DNA of 64,000 bases, taken from a virus. The position numbers and the translations under genes were made by a program. Where the stretch lies: the IMG/VR virus record IMGVR_UViG_3300025127_000012; one strand, written 5' to 3'. Shown here in pieces: positions 17,950 to 28,847 of this stretch (its first letter is position 1; the number at the start of each line of letters is the position of its first letter). Under the pieces are notes generated by a model. That model saw only the letters and a program-made list of their open reading frames with translations, did no database searches and was not told where the DNA came from.

Positions 17950-20900
17950 TATGATGCAAAGGCAATAGCACGAAGATCTTTGATGAGAGGAACTTTTGCT
18001 TGGTTCATCGCTTTCATAACAATCTTGATCTGGAATGCTTGGAACTCCTGACCTTCAACTGTGTATTCAAAGTCTTCCCATTCTTCCTCACCGACATTGG
18101 TTGAACCGACATCTGGTACAGGTATCTTAACAAATCCAACTTCATTCATTGGTTTGTCAGATCCTGCTTTTTGAATACGGTAATATATGTCGATAGTAGA
18201 ATCTCCATAACGTTGCATGGAAATCATGAGGCGAATACTTCTTGATATGTTAGCAAGTTTTGCTATCTTAGTCAAGTAAATTGCTTCGTTTTGATCACCA
18301 CCAGCGAGTAATGAAACATCACCTGTGGTATCTATCTCACTCTGTATTCCCAAGACTTGTGGACCACCTGGCCACTTGTTGATCCTATTTGATGTAGTAA
18401 TTACAGAGACACGATCAAGGTCAATAACAGGAGTTAGATTGTCCTTCTCAGTCATCATGTTAATTCTCATAGTTAGAGACTTAGAACCTTCTAGTTTATT
18501 TGCTTCATTAATATTGGAACATATAATTCTAGGATTATCATAATAGTTCTCTTCATTCAACTGGATCTCATCATATTGACCATTGTTAACGAATGATGCT
18601 TGGTCAACAACTTGTCCACCAGTACCGATAGATGTACCAGATGTGGTATTCAAGGTAGGTGCTATATCAGTTTCTTTGAAATTTAGAACCTGTATAGTAG
18701 GTGTGATAAGTTCAAATGGTATGTTCTGTGATGCACTGACGTTAGATCCACCAGTTGCTATACCGACACTAGCAACAGATTGTGTTGATAGTGAGTAAGT
18801 ATCAAGAGTAGGATCTCCGATAGCAGTGTGAACTTTGTTGATTTCTGTTAGTGGTACACCATCAAGATTATAACATCTTACAGTTGTTTCTGATGGCCAT
18901 GTGAGTGCAGCACCTGTGTTCATAACAGCAGATGTAATACCTCTACCAGATGGTGCAACAGTAATCTCTTTACCGTTATCTGATATTGCTGAGTAAGCAA
19001 TAATCTCTTTTGCAGAAACAACATGCATGATACTTCTCCATGCTTCGGTTGCATCATCGTCACCACCAGGAGGTGATGGAGGATCAAGAGCAAGGTTATC
19101 TGAACTCTCACCAACTAACATCACATATCCTGGGTTAGTTGTACTAATAGGTTTACCGTTAACTACCTTATGGAAACTTCCTGCATCATTTACTGACAAT
19201 GTAGTAGCAGTAGATGATAAGTTAGATGTTAACGTAGTTGCTGGTATCTCTGAAACAACGTTCTTTAACTCAACGTTATTTGCTCTATTGTGCATACCAT
19301 GATTAGGTTGGTATACAATAATTTTCTTGTCTCCTGCTCTTACAGTAGGTTGTGATACAGGGTATCCTGTATATGAGTCACCACTATATGATGCAGATGA
19401 GATAGTACCACTTACACCACCAGGTTCTGACAGTGTATCGTTACCAACGTCAAATGCTTTGGAAACATAGTTAGCAGTTATAGTAGATGTACCAGTATCA
19501 TATGCAGTAACAGTTGCAGTAGCACCAGAAGATGATCCAGTGATTACATCACCAACTTCAAACACACCGTTAGATATTGCTGATAAAACAATAGTAGCGG
19601 ATGACTGTGATGACTTCATTGCGTTGGTAATATTACCAGAGTTATCTACAATACCTTGTACGAATGTACCACTGATATCTGTAACAGTTAGGACTTGTGG
19701 ATCTGATGTAGAATCAAATTCTTTAACTGTACCCTGTGCATTAGATGGTGACTGTATAACTCTTGCACCCACAGTGAATGCGTAAGTTACACCAGTTGCT
19801 AATGTAATGTTTTGTTGTGGTTGTATCGTTGTAATAGGATTGTTTACAAGCGATGCAAGACCATCATTACCAGCACCAAGTGATGCGTTATTGAATACAG
19901 CACTACCAGTTACACTTGTATTGAACTTCGCTCTATAAAGATTAAATTTCAAATCTTCATATTGGTCAGCAGTCCATGTAGATGCGTTCTGTGATTTGAA
20001 TAGAACACCAGCATAAGGTTGTTCAGATATAGTTCTTGTACCTGTGATATCAATATCACCCATACGAGATATCCATACCTTGTATTCGTTAGAGTCAGAG
20101 AATAGAACAAAGCAATGTTCTTCTGATTCTGGAATGTACACAGGTGCAGGGAACTCAAACTTAGTTGCAATAGATGCGTTCTCTGATATCTCAACCTGTG
20201 ATGGAATCAATGTACAGTCAGAGAAAGGTAGAATGTCCTTAGTAGGATAACCATTCTCCATAGGTCTGATCTGCATAGAGATAGGGATCTTTTGATCCTT
20301 AGTTGCAAAGTAGATATCAACACCAGTTACAAACATACCACCTTGTGCTTCAAGTAGGAATGATTGTGCTAGTGGATCCCACCAACCAACTTGTCTTGTG
20401 TTTGTTCTCACCGACCTTACTGTCCTTCTATCATTGACAGTATCACGAACGATAGATGCGTTTCTAACTGCAAGTACGTTCTCTTGTAACGTATTCAATG
20501 TACCTCTTGCAGTATATTCTGCCTCAGCAGCAGAATCAACAGCACCTGGTAACCTACTATCTTGCTCAGAAGATGTTAAACGCATAGTTCTGGAACCAGT
20601 TGCCCATCTTGGGTTCGCGTCTCTTCTTGGGTTAGGTATAAAGAATGTTCCTTTTACAATACCCAAGAGATCGGAGATGAGACGACGATCTTTGACAACA
20701 GCACGAGCACCAGATGTTTGACCTAGTAGTACTTCTCCCACTGCTATATTTCCGTAAGAGTCTCCTCTTGTTTGTCTTGCAATCTCAGTTGTATCAATAT
20801 TTAAGACTGCGGTTTGTGATGCATAAGAGTCTGGTAATGAATCATTAGTTGCTGTATAAGGGTTAGTTGTTAGACCATTATTAGGTGCTACAACTTTTAA

Positions 20901-23900
20901 ACGACAACCTGAGTTCAATCCAATAACAGTTTCACCAATAACAAATGGTGTCTCATTTGTCTTAGGATCTTCTGATGAGTTCTTAACTAATTCAATTAGT
21001 TTTGGAGTAATGTAATTCATTACATTATCACCATCAAAGAATCCATACATTCTTGTTTTTGGTTTTACACGTTCTACATCAAATGCAACGTTCCTAGATC
21101 TGATCCATGGTATAAATGTGCTATCAATAATACTATCACCAAGTGAACGTCTGTCAATTCTAGGTACAACTCTGATACGAGTACCAGATCTTACCTGACG
21201 ACGAGTTGTAGTAATAGTCTCACCCGCTAGGACTCTTCTAGGTGTACCCCTAGCAAATGTTGTTTCCCTCCATCTTCTTGTCTCTGACCTTCTAGTACCT
21301 GTCCAGTTAGTTCTCCATGCATTCCATTGTATAGGAGCAAATCCAGCATTGTTAGTTCTGAATCTACGTCTTGTTGCAGTGAAGTTACCTTCAATAGATG
21401 TAACTCTTGTAGGAGCACGTCTTGTATCTGTCCAGTCATCAGATGCTGGAAGTAAGTCAATACGTCCTATGAATGTGAATACGTTAAATGGGTTAACGTT
21501 TTCCATTCTAGAAGCATAAGGTTGGATAATGATTGCTTCTTCTTCGTATGGAAGAGTCAATACGTTAGCACCTGTCTTACCAGAACGAAGTGATCTAGTA
21601 TTATGGTCTGTTATATTACTTGATGCACTACCACTAAATTCAAGAGATATATTAGAGGTGTAGTGTGAAGGACGTAGTATACCATTATTAAAGTCCATAG
21701 AACACTTGAAGTCTATATTCTCAACAGCAGAAGTAGAATGATCTGTAAAGTCATCTACCATGAAACCGTTTTTCAATCTATCAAAACCATCAGAGTCAAA
21801 CGCTCTTGTATTTCTAGCGTCTGCTTCTAGTAATGATAATGATGTATAGTATTCAAGAGACTGTAAACGTCTATCCATGTTACCTATGTCTTCCATAGTG
21901 TAACGACGTTGCTGGTTCAGTGTAATTAAGATGTCCTCTTCTACATCATACACATAAGGTTCGTATTGAATTTTGGCAAGTAACATTGCTTTATCAATGT
22001 TATCTGCTTCTGGGGGATCTTCATTAGGAACACCCATGGAGAGTTTTAGATCTCCATCATGTGTCATGAAGAGTTTGTCCTGACGTGGTAGATAGTAGTC
22101 GTAGTCGGCACGGAAGAATTCTTCTACTTTGGGTATATTAAAAATAGTAGAACCACCAGCACCACCTGTGCTTGTAAAAATACGAGAGTCGAAGTCAAGA
22201 GACTTACAATTTGTGAAGTACGGTTGCTCCACAGTACCAGAACCACTAGCAAGTTCACCAACACCAGGACGGAAATCGATTCCATCTGTTAAGTACTTTG
22301 AGTTGCGTTCAGATCTGTACTTAGGTATCTCAGAGAATGATATACCAGAGTAAGATTGGTTAGAGAAATAATCGCCAGATGGTTCGTGAATAAAGTAGTC
22401 AAATACAACAGCGAGTTTTCTCTTTGGTTCGCTGGTTCCTGCCTTCCTAACAATTTTTGATACACCATACATGAATGGTGTTTGGTTTGAATCTAGGTCA
22501 AAATTACCTGAGATGTCTCTGGATCCTCTTTCGATTGCTCCATCACCATCCTCGGTAACACCGACAAGTGCATTCAAGTCAGCATCAAATCCATCAATAG
22601 TTTCACCAGTTCCAAAGTAATCAGAACTTAATGGAACTACATACAACCTATTGTTGTTGGAGTTGAATGATACTACCCTTGCCCTTGCACCAGATGTTCT
22701 TCCTACAACAACACTACCGTTGTCGAAGAATACGTTTTCTGTTAGTACAACGTAAGGGACTTGTGCATCATTGTCATCAGTAGATTCATATACAGCATGC
22801 ACTTTATAAACGTCATTCAATGCAAAAGATATTTCTTCATCTTCAATTCTTGTACCATACAAGTTACCAAATGCTAATCCGTAATTCATTACATCATTCT
22901 GCTCTCTGGTTCTGATAACCTTCATGGTTCTCATCTTAGCAGCAGTTTTAATTTTCTTAGATACAGTGTTTACAGATACAGCAGCAGTCAGTGTAACACG
23001 AGTAATGTTAGCACTACCACCAGAACCATTGTTAATACCAGTAATTTGTAGTGACTGTCTGTTAGCACCAAATGAAACTGAGATAGTAGGTGATTGTTTT
23101 GTGGATTCATTCTCAATATCAAGGTTAGTACCTGGGGACCAACCATATCCTGTGTTGGAGTTAGATCCAGTAACGATAGTTAAGTTATAGTTCTCGTTAT
23201 CTAATGTAGTAAATTGTTCGTTCTCTGGTAGTGTAAATGTAACGTCACCAGATGATAACTGTTTGTTATAGAAAGTCTTGATAGATGTAAATGATTCATC
23301 AGCGATAGACTTGATTGCCTTCTTAGGCATATCAATTACAAGTTCACCGTCTCTTACATTCTTCTGTGTAAAGATAGGACGTAAACGTGTAAACTGAATA
23401 GCAGGATATTCTGCATCAGTTATACTACCTTTTGTTAAACTAGAATCTAATACAGCAGTCTGTAATCCAAAATCAAATACAGGAGTTAGACCAGAACTCT
23501 TTCTATTAGCAGAAGTAAATGCAATGCTAGTAGAATCTATTCTCTTAACTCTAAGTGATGTCTGACCTTTGTTGGTAGTAGCAACAGGAGATATAACTTC
23601 ACCAGGTCTGATATCAGCAGAGAATGCAGTATCGAAACCACTGATTGTCTTAGTAGAAGATGCTTGGTCAACTGTAACTGTTTTACCAATCAATGATATT
23701 GATTCATTTAATGCTAATGATGCAGTAAATGTCACGGTAGCAGAAGTTGATGGGTCTTCATATCCAACTACCTGACGTACATCAGATTGTTCATAGTTGA
23801 ATACAGCAGAACATGTATCTAATACACGACCATCTCTTTCTAGAACTTCTCCTATTTGGAACTCACCAGATACCTGATGAACAACAGCAGAGTCACCAGA

Positions 23901-25394
23901 TGCTTCATATACATATCCTCTTGCACCAGATGAACGTCCTATAATTACCTCTCCATCATTTATAGTCTGTGAACTTGCAAAGTTAATTGCAGTAAACATC
24001 TGTATATCAAATAAGAACAAGTTATATCTTGTTCCATCAGTTTCTAGTTGTAAGACTCTTGCCTTACCAATTTTATTTCCTTGTGCAGCATTAGAAGGAC
24101 CAGTTCCTAACCAGTTGTCTCTAAGATCAACAACCTGATAACAGTTAGTAACACCTTCTCCTGCAATACTTGGCCACCCCCAAATGTCATATACTTCCAC
24201 TGACTGTGATAAGTCAATAGGAATGATTTGGTTCTGACGTCCTATAAATGTCCTTGGTTTAGGAGCATCAACATATGTAGATGCAAGTAATTGAGTTCTA
24301 TAACCTTTTACATATGCTTTACCAGGTCCTACTTCTAGTGCAGCAAAGTTCTCACTAGCAACCTGATCATCAGGTGATGAAGTTCCTGGAAGATACACAC
24401 CATTGTTAAACTGATCGTTTAAGTGTTCTCTTGCACGAACCTCGAATGAGTTAACAACATAGTCACCATGTGTTTCAAATGTACGACGAGCAATAGATTT
24501 CTCAATCTCGTTGTATGATGTTGTGTCAACAAAGTTTTCAACAGTAGAATTTCTGATACGAAGAAGTTCAATGAAGTTCTTATCTGTATCATCATTAATA
24601 GGTTTCTTAACTAACTGTGTTTTAATTCTAAATCTATGTGCACCAGGGGCAGAATAGTTAGACGAACCAATAGCATTATCTGTTAATGATGGATCATCTT
24701 CTGGCGTGATGATAGATTCTGAGATATCAAAACCAACTCTGTATGATGGGTTATTATCATACTGTTCTAATATAATGTATTCAGTAGGAACATCTACAAA
24801 GTGTCCTCTTATAAAATATACGCCCTCACTTATATAAGCAGCAGATCCAATGTCAGTAGAATTTACTGGAAGTAACTGTGCAAATGGTGATCCAACTTCG
24901 ATCAAACTGTTACCAAAAGTTATCTCATTTTCACATATCAACTGTTCGTTATTACCAAACTTCTTTGTAGTAGCGTCAGATGTTGTGTCTCCTGACTCAA
25001 CATACTTAATATAGAATGTGATATATCCTCTTGTACTTGTTGTTGCTGGAATAGAGAAAAGAACCTTTGCCTTGATGCCAGTGGTAAGACCCTCTACAAT
25101 TTTTCCATTTAACTGTGTACGATATGTCTCTACGTCTACTCCTAAGAATGACTGCTGGATTATTAAACAATCTACGTTAAGGTCATATCCAACTTGACCT
25201 GGGATAACCATTGCACCTTCCTTGAAGAGGTGTGATCCCATTGCTTCCACTTGGTTCTGCAAAATAGATTGCATAGTGGTAAGTTCTCTCGCTTGGATTG
25301 GGAATCCTGGTCGAAAGAGAACTCTGTAAAAGTTTTTGTCCTTATCAAAGTCATCAAAATAAGGAGCTATATTCAGATTGGTATTCTGTGGCAT
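17949..25394 (-). CDS. Large virion structural protein (VrlC / DUF4815-like)
   Basis: NLNIAPYFDDFD..KNFYRVLFRPG.PIQARELT, NYSAPGAHR, RYTMEDIG....RL..LEYYTSLSLLE, DPLAQSF, GVLFKSQNASTW. Confidence 0.9.
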   Translation of the reverse strand: MPQNTNLNIAPYFDDFDKDKNFYRVLFRPGFPIQARELTTMQSILQNQVEAMGSHLFKEGAMVIPGQVGYDLNVDCLIIQQSFLGVDVETYRTQLNGKIVEGLTTGIKAKVLFSIPATTSTRGYITFYIKYVESGDTTSDATTKKFGNNEQLICENEITFGNSLIEVGSPFAQLLPVNSTDIGSAAYISEGVYFIRGHFVDVPTEYIILEQYDNNPSYRVGFDISESIITPEDDPSLTDNAIGSSNYSAPGAHRFRIKTQLVKKPINDDTDKNFIELLRIRNSTVENFVDTTSYNEIEKSIARRTFETHGDYVVNSFEVRAREHLNDQFNNGVYLPGTSSPDDQVASENFAALEVGPGKAYVKGYRTQLLASTYVDAPKPRTFIGRQNQIIPIDLSQSVEVYDIWGWPSIAGEGVTNCYQVVDLRDNWLGTGPSNAAQGNKIGKARVLQLETDGTRYNLFLFDIQMFTAINFASSQTINDGEVIIGRSSGARGYVYEASGDSAVVHQVSGEFQIGEVLERDGRVLDTCSAVFNYEQSDVRQVVGYEDPSTSATVTFTASLALNESISLIGKTVTVDQASSTKTISGFDTAFSADIRPGEVISPVATTNKGQTSLRVKRIDSTSIAFTSANRKSSGLTPVFDFGLQTAVLDSSLTKGSITDAEYPAIQFTRLRPIFTQKNVRDGELVIDMPKKAIKSIADESFTSIKTFYNKQLSSGDVTFTLPENEQFTTLDNENYNLTIVTGSNSNTGYGWSPGTNLDIENESTKQSPTISVSFGANRQSLQITGINNGSGGSANITRVTLTAAVSVNTVSKKIKTAAKMRTMKVIRTREQNDVMNYGLAFGNLYGTRIEDEEISFALNDVYKVHAVYESTDDNDAQVPYVVLTENVFFDNGSVVVGRTSGARARVVSFNSNNNRLYVVPLSSDYFGTGETIDGFDADLNALVGVTEDGDGAIERGSRDISGNFDLDSNQTPFMYGVSKIVRKAGTSEPKRKLAVVFDYFIHEPSGDYFSNQSYSGISFSEIPKYRSERNSKYLTDGIDFRPGVGELASGSGTVEQPYFTNCKSLDFDSRIFTSTGGAGGSTIFNIPKVEEFFRADYDYYLPRQDKLFMTHDGDLKLSMGVPNEDPPEADNIDKAMLLAKIQYEPYVYDVEEDILITLNQQRRYTMEDIGNMDRRLQSLEYYTSLSLLEADARNTRAFDSDGFDRLKNGFMVDDFTDHSTSAVENIDFKCSMDFNNGILRPSHYTSNISLEFSGSASSNITDHNTRSLRSGKTGANVLTLPYEEEAIIIQPYASRMENVNPFNVFTFIGRIDLLPASDDWTDTRRAPTRVTSIEGNFTATRRRFRTNNAGFAPIQWNAWRTNWTGTRRSETRRWRETTFARGTPRRVLAGETITTTRRQVRSGTRIRVVPRIDRRSLGDSIIDSTFIPWIRSRNVAFDVERVKPKTRMYGFFDGDNVMNYITPKLIELVKNSSEDPKTNETPFVIGETVIGLNSGCRLKVVAPNNGLTTNPYTATNDSLPDSYASQTAVLNIDTTEIARQTRGDSYGNIAVGEVLLGQTSGARAVVKDRRLISDLLGIVKGTFFIPNPRRDANPRWATGSRTMRLTSSEQDSRLPGAVDSAAEAEYTARGTLNTLQENVLAVRNASIVRDTVNDRRTVRSVRTNTRQVGWWDPLAQSFLLEAQGGMFVTGVDIYFATKDQKIPISMQIRPMENGYPTKDILPFSDCTLIPSQVEISENASIATKFEFPAPVYIPESEEHCFVLFSDSNEYKVWISRMGDIDITGTRTISEQPYAGVLFKSQNASTWTADQYEDLKFNLYRAKFNTSVTGSAVFNNASLGAGNDGLASLVNNPITTIQPQQNITLATGVTYAFTVGARVIQSPSNAQGTVKEFDSTSDPQVLTVTDISGTFVQGIVDNSGNITNAMKSSQSSATIVLSAISNGVFEVGDVITGSSSGATATVTAYDTGTSTITANYVSKAFDVGNDTLSEPGGVSGTISSASYSGDSYTGYPVSQPTVRAGDKKIIVYQPNHGMHNRANNVELKNVVSEIPATTLTSNLSSTATTLSVNDAGSFHKVVNGKPISTTNPGYVMLVGESSDNLALDPPSPPGGDDDATEAWRSIMHVVSAKEIIAYSAISDNGKEITVAPSGRGITSAVMNTGAALTWPSETTVRCYNLDGVPLTEINKVHTAIGDPTLDTYSLSTQSVASVGIATGGSNVSASQNIPFELITPTIQVLNFKETDIAPTLNTTSGTSIGTGGQVVDQASFVNNGQYDEIQLNEENYYDNPRIICSNINEANKLEGSKSLTMRINMMTEKDNLTPVIDLDRVSVITTSNRINKWPGGPQVLGIQSEIDTTGDVSLLAGGDQNEAIYLTKIAKLANISRSIRLMISMQRYGDSTIDIYYRIQKAGSDKPMNEVGFVKIPVPDVGSTNVGEEEWEDFEYTVEGQEFQAFQIKIVMKAMNQAKVPLIKDLRAIAFAS

Positions 25395-25395
25395 C

Positions 25396-26931
25396 TTAGA
25401 ACTCGATTACGATTTTAATATCTTCAATTTGGTCACCAGCACGAGAGATTGCTCCTCTGTTATCTATGTAGATAATCTCTCCTGAGTTAGGATCGATCTC
25501 TGGTTTCGCATAACCATTAGTAAAGGACATACCTAAGTCATATTCAGTGTTGTTGATGACTCGGGTCGAGATACCAGATACAACTGGGAAGTTGATATCA
25601 GGATCAGCGGATGTACCAGAAGTAGCACCTGTGACAGGGTTACCTCCTTCAAATTCTGTTAGGTTACCAGTAATTTCTGGGAACACACCATCAATTCTGT
25701 TTTGATAATACTTCAAAACTTTTGTTGTGGTATTCCATGATATAACACGACCTCTTGCAGTTACCTGTTGTCCACCTACGGTTCTTGACTGTGTAATAAT
25801 CTCATCAGTTGAGAACGTACCTGTGAAGGTAGGTGAGAAGATAACAGCACGAGTAGCAGACAACGTAATAGCAGATGTCAGTTCTGTCGTACCATACTGG
25901 TTTGGGTTTATAACAAGACCGATACGACGATAGTCGTTATCAGTTGGGAAGTCACCTGATCCTTCATCATAAGTGAACTTCGTGTTGATCATAACTCTGT
26001 AACCACCAAGTTCTTTGGTAGGATCAGAACCATGACCTAATTCTGGGGGAATGATAACGTCAATAGCAGCACCAGTACCTGTACCAGCACCAATACCATT
26101 AACCTCATCAATGATGATTTTACCGAAGGTGTAACCAGAACCACCAGATGTCACAGTAGCGGATACAACCTTACCACCGTCAACAACAAGTGAAACTCTA
26201 CCACCAACTCCATCACCTTTTATTGGTACGTTTTCATATGTACCATTGTTGTAACCTGTACCAGATGCTTGGATAACAACAGTATCAATCTCTCCTCCAA
26301 CAGCATCACCTGTAACAGCAACGTCTGCAAGCACAGGCATGTAGTCATTCGAGAAGAATTTTAAGACCTGACCAACAGGGATCGTATACAGATACTTCCA
26401 ACGATAACCATCGGAAGTCGTAATAATAGATGTAGAGGTGCCAGTTGGCTCAACAGTAGAAGGTTTACCGTTAGGATCACTAGGACTTGTACCATTGTAA
26501 ATGCACTTATAGACCTGATACTGCGAGTTAACAACGTAAAAATCTGCGTCATATAACTTAGTCGCACCACTGGATGCGGTCTTAGTGGAACTATAATCAT
26601 GACGATACATGTCATAAACATAACCAAGTCCACCAGTAGTCTGCTCTGGGGGAGTCCAGTCAATTCGTCTTACCACTTGAATCGTGTCATTTGCTAGTAC
26701 ACGTTTCAGTGAAATCATGTCTGAGAATGTATCACTAAACTCTTGGAAAGAATCAACGGGAGTCGGAGGTGCGTTTTCATTATCCCACTCTTGTGGACGT
26801 CCTATGAAAACATACAAACGATCTCTGTTGGATCCTGCTTGCAAGTCAGATTGAGTCGCATCAGCACCCTCCAAAGATTTTATGAATCTTTTAGCAGTGA
26901 AAATTCTAAATTGGTCGGTTAGGAGTGCCAT
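25396..26931 (-). CDS. gp8: Baseplate wedge subunit
   Basis: LTDQFRI, YVFIGRPQEW, YDMYRHDY, YKCIYNG, DGYRWKYLYTI, SGEIIYIDNR...EDIKIVIEF. Confidence 0.95.
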   Translation of the reverse strand: MALLTDQFRIFTAKRFIKSLEGADATQSDLQAGSNRDRLYVFIGRPQEWDNENAPPTPVDSFQEFSDTFSDMISLKRVLANDTIQVVRRIDWTPPEQTTGGLGYVYDMYRHDYSSTKTASSGATKLYDADFYVVNSQYQVYKCIYNGTSPSDPNGKPSTVEPTGTSTSIITTSDGYRWKYLYTIPVGQVLKFFSNDYMPVLADVAVTGDAVGGEIDTVVIQASGTGYNNGTYENVPIKGDGVGGRVSLVVDGGKVVSATVTSGGSGYTFGKIIIDEVNGIGAGTGTGAAIDVIIPPELGHGSDPTKELGGYRVMINTKFTYDEGSGDFPTDNDYRRIGLVINPNQYGTTELTSAITLSATRAVIFSPTFTGTFSTDEIITQSRTVGGQQVTARGRVISWNTTTKVLKYYQNRIDGVFPEITGNLTEFEGGNPVTGATSGTSADPDINFPVVSGISTRVINNTEYDLGMSFTNGYAKPEIDPNSGEIIYIDNRGAISRAGDQIEDIKIVIEF

Positions 26932-26951
26932 TGTTTAGTTTACCTTCCTTT

Positions 26952-26959
26952 TATTTATA
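26952..26959 (-). promoter_or_regulatory. T4-type late promoter TATAAATA upstream of gp8
   Basis: Exact consensus, intergenic, followed by an AAGGAAGG RBS-like sequence. Confidence 0.85.
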
Positions 26960-26963
26960 GTGG

Positions 26964-28847
26964 TTACTCTTGCTCTTTTCTGACAAGGTTAGTATATTCT
27001 TGTGATACAAACACACCGTTGGCACCCGAACTGCCTCCGTTTAGTGTATCAGAAGTTGTAAATTTGTAATTTGATACGTTGTTGGTTATGGTTTGTACCT
27101 TTAAAAATACATATCCAAACTCATCAACAGCAGATTGTGCCTCTGCTACGATAGCAGTAACACCAGTTGTTGAACCAGTTACTGTCTCACCAACAGTGAA
27201 TGTATTTTGAACATTTCTCAACTTAATAGTTGATAGAGAAGTATGCTCAATACCATCATCTAATGCTCCTGCTTGCTGCACAGATGCAGTTAGTGGAACT
27301 AAACTTGAATCATATAATTGGTCTGCTTGCTGGAACAGTGTAGTGTTCTGTCCACCAACAGTTTCCTCAATACCATATAGTGATGATGCTATACCACCAT
27401 CAAGACTGATTTCATTCTCATAATCTGTACCAGTATTTACTAGGTCAGGTATTCCATCACCAGCACCTTGTAATTCATCATCATCTTCAAATCTCTTTCC
27501 TTCTAATACACCAAGAGGACTCTCGAATGTAACAATAGAAGATGTCTCATCATCAATAAGGACGTGTGGTGCCTCTCCTGTCTCAGTAGATGATGCAGTA
27601 CCACCAATAAATTGAATAACAGCAGTTCTTTCATTAGATCTACCACCATCAATAAATGCTAGTTCATCAACTTGGAAGATTAAGAATAGTTCTCTTGTCT
27701 CTGGACGCCAGTCATATACGATAGCAACCTTATTAGTTTTATCTTCCTGTACTCTTCTGACTCTATCAGATACAGTAAACTGATAACCAGATATACCAGT
27801 TGTAGGATCATCAGCGAGACCGTCCAGCAACACACGCTGGTCATATCGGAAGTTAATACCTCTATCACAACCAGTAAATGATATAGGAGTTTTACCTGTA
27901 TATCTGACAATCTCTCTACCTATTTGGAACTTACCAGATCCAGGGAAAGCATCAGTTGTCTCAACATATATTGTGCTATCAGTCGCAGTTGCATTACGAA
28001 TCAATGCAGTTATCTCAAAGAATGCAGATACTAATGATGTTCTATTTCTCTGAGTTCTAATTAAGTTTGTATCTCTTGTAAAGATTACACTAGGAGGAGA
28101 AGTATATCCACCACCAGGGTTCAATATATTAATTGCAGTAATTTTACCAAGATTTATTTCTGCCTCTGCCTGAGCACCAGATCCACCACCACCAATAAGT
28201 TGGATAAGAGGAGGAGTCTCAAAGAACTCACCAGGGTTTGATACTGTTATACTCTCAACTGTACCGAATTGATTTACTTCACAAACACCAGTAGCATTTT
28301 GTCCACCACCACCAGATATAACCAGAGTAATATCTTCCGCTGTGTATGATCTACCATTGTTCTCAACAGATAAACCTGTTACCTGTCCAACAGTAGGTAC
28401 AAGTTCAGCACCAGATCCACCACCACCTTCTAGTCTTGCACTAGCACTAAAATAACCATCACCAGGTCTAGTAACTTGGATATAGTTTATAGAACCAGCA
28501 GGAGCAATTATGTTACCCTGTTGATCTACAATATCACTTTCATTCAATATAATATTTGCATCTGCCTGTACGATATTACTTTCGTCAGATTCAATAAGAA
28601 GACGTAGTGGGTTATATCCCTCACCAGGGTCTATAACATCTACTGATAATATTTCACCATTATCAGCAATATTCGCTGCTAGTACAGCATCACGAATAGG
28701 GGTACCACAATTACCAATAGTTAATTTAGGAGGATCCGCAGCACTATAACCTGACCCAGGTGCAGTCACAATAACATCCTTCACACCGTATACACTATTG
28801 AATACAGGTTGAATTGATGCTCCGCTTCCAGGTACAGTTCTTGTCAT
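26964..28847 (-). CDS. Baseplate-associated structural protein with Gly-rich sheath/wedge-type repeats
   Basis: Repeated G.GY...P.V...GGGGSGA.A units as in gp7; position before gp8. Confidence 0.75.
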   Translation of the reverse strand: MTRTVPGSGASIQPVFNSVYGVKDVIVTAPGSGYSAADPPKLTIGNCGTPIRDAVLAANIADNGEILSVDVIDPGEGYNPLRLLIESDESNIVQADANIILNESDIVDQQGNIIAPAGSINYIQVTRPGDGYFSASARLEGGGGSGAELVPTVGQVTGLSVENNGRSYTAEDITLVISGGGGQNATGVCEVNQFGTVESITVSNPGEFFETPPLIQLIGGGGSGAQAEAEINLGKITAINILNPGGGYTSPPSVIFTRDTNLIRTQRNRTSLVSAFFEITALIRNATATDSTIYVETTDAFPGSGKFQIGREIVRYTGKTPISFTGCDRGINFRYDQRVLLDGLADDPTTGISGYQFTVSDRVRRVQEDKTNKVAIVYDWRPETRELFLIFQVDELAFIDGGRSNERTAVIQFIGGTASSTETGEAPHVLIDDETSSIVTFESPLGVLEGKRFEDDDELQGAGDGIPDLVNTGTDYENEISLDGGIASSLYGIEETVGGQNTTLFQQADQLYDSSLVPLTASVQQAGALDDGIEHTSLSTIKLRNVQNTFTVGETVTGSTTGVTAIVAEAQSAVDEFGYVFLKVQTITNNVSNYKFTTSDTLNGGSSGANGVFVSQEYTNLVRKEQE

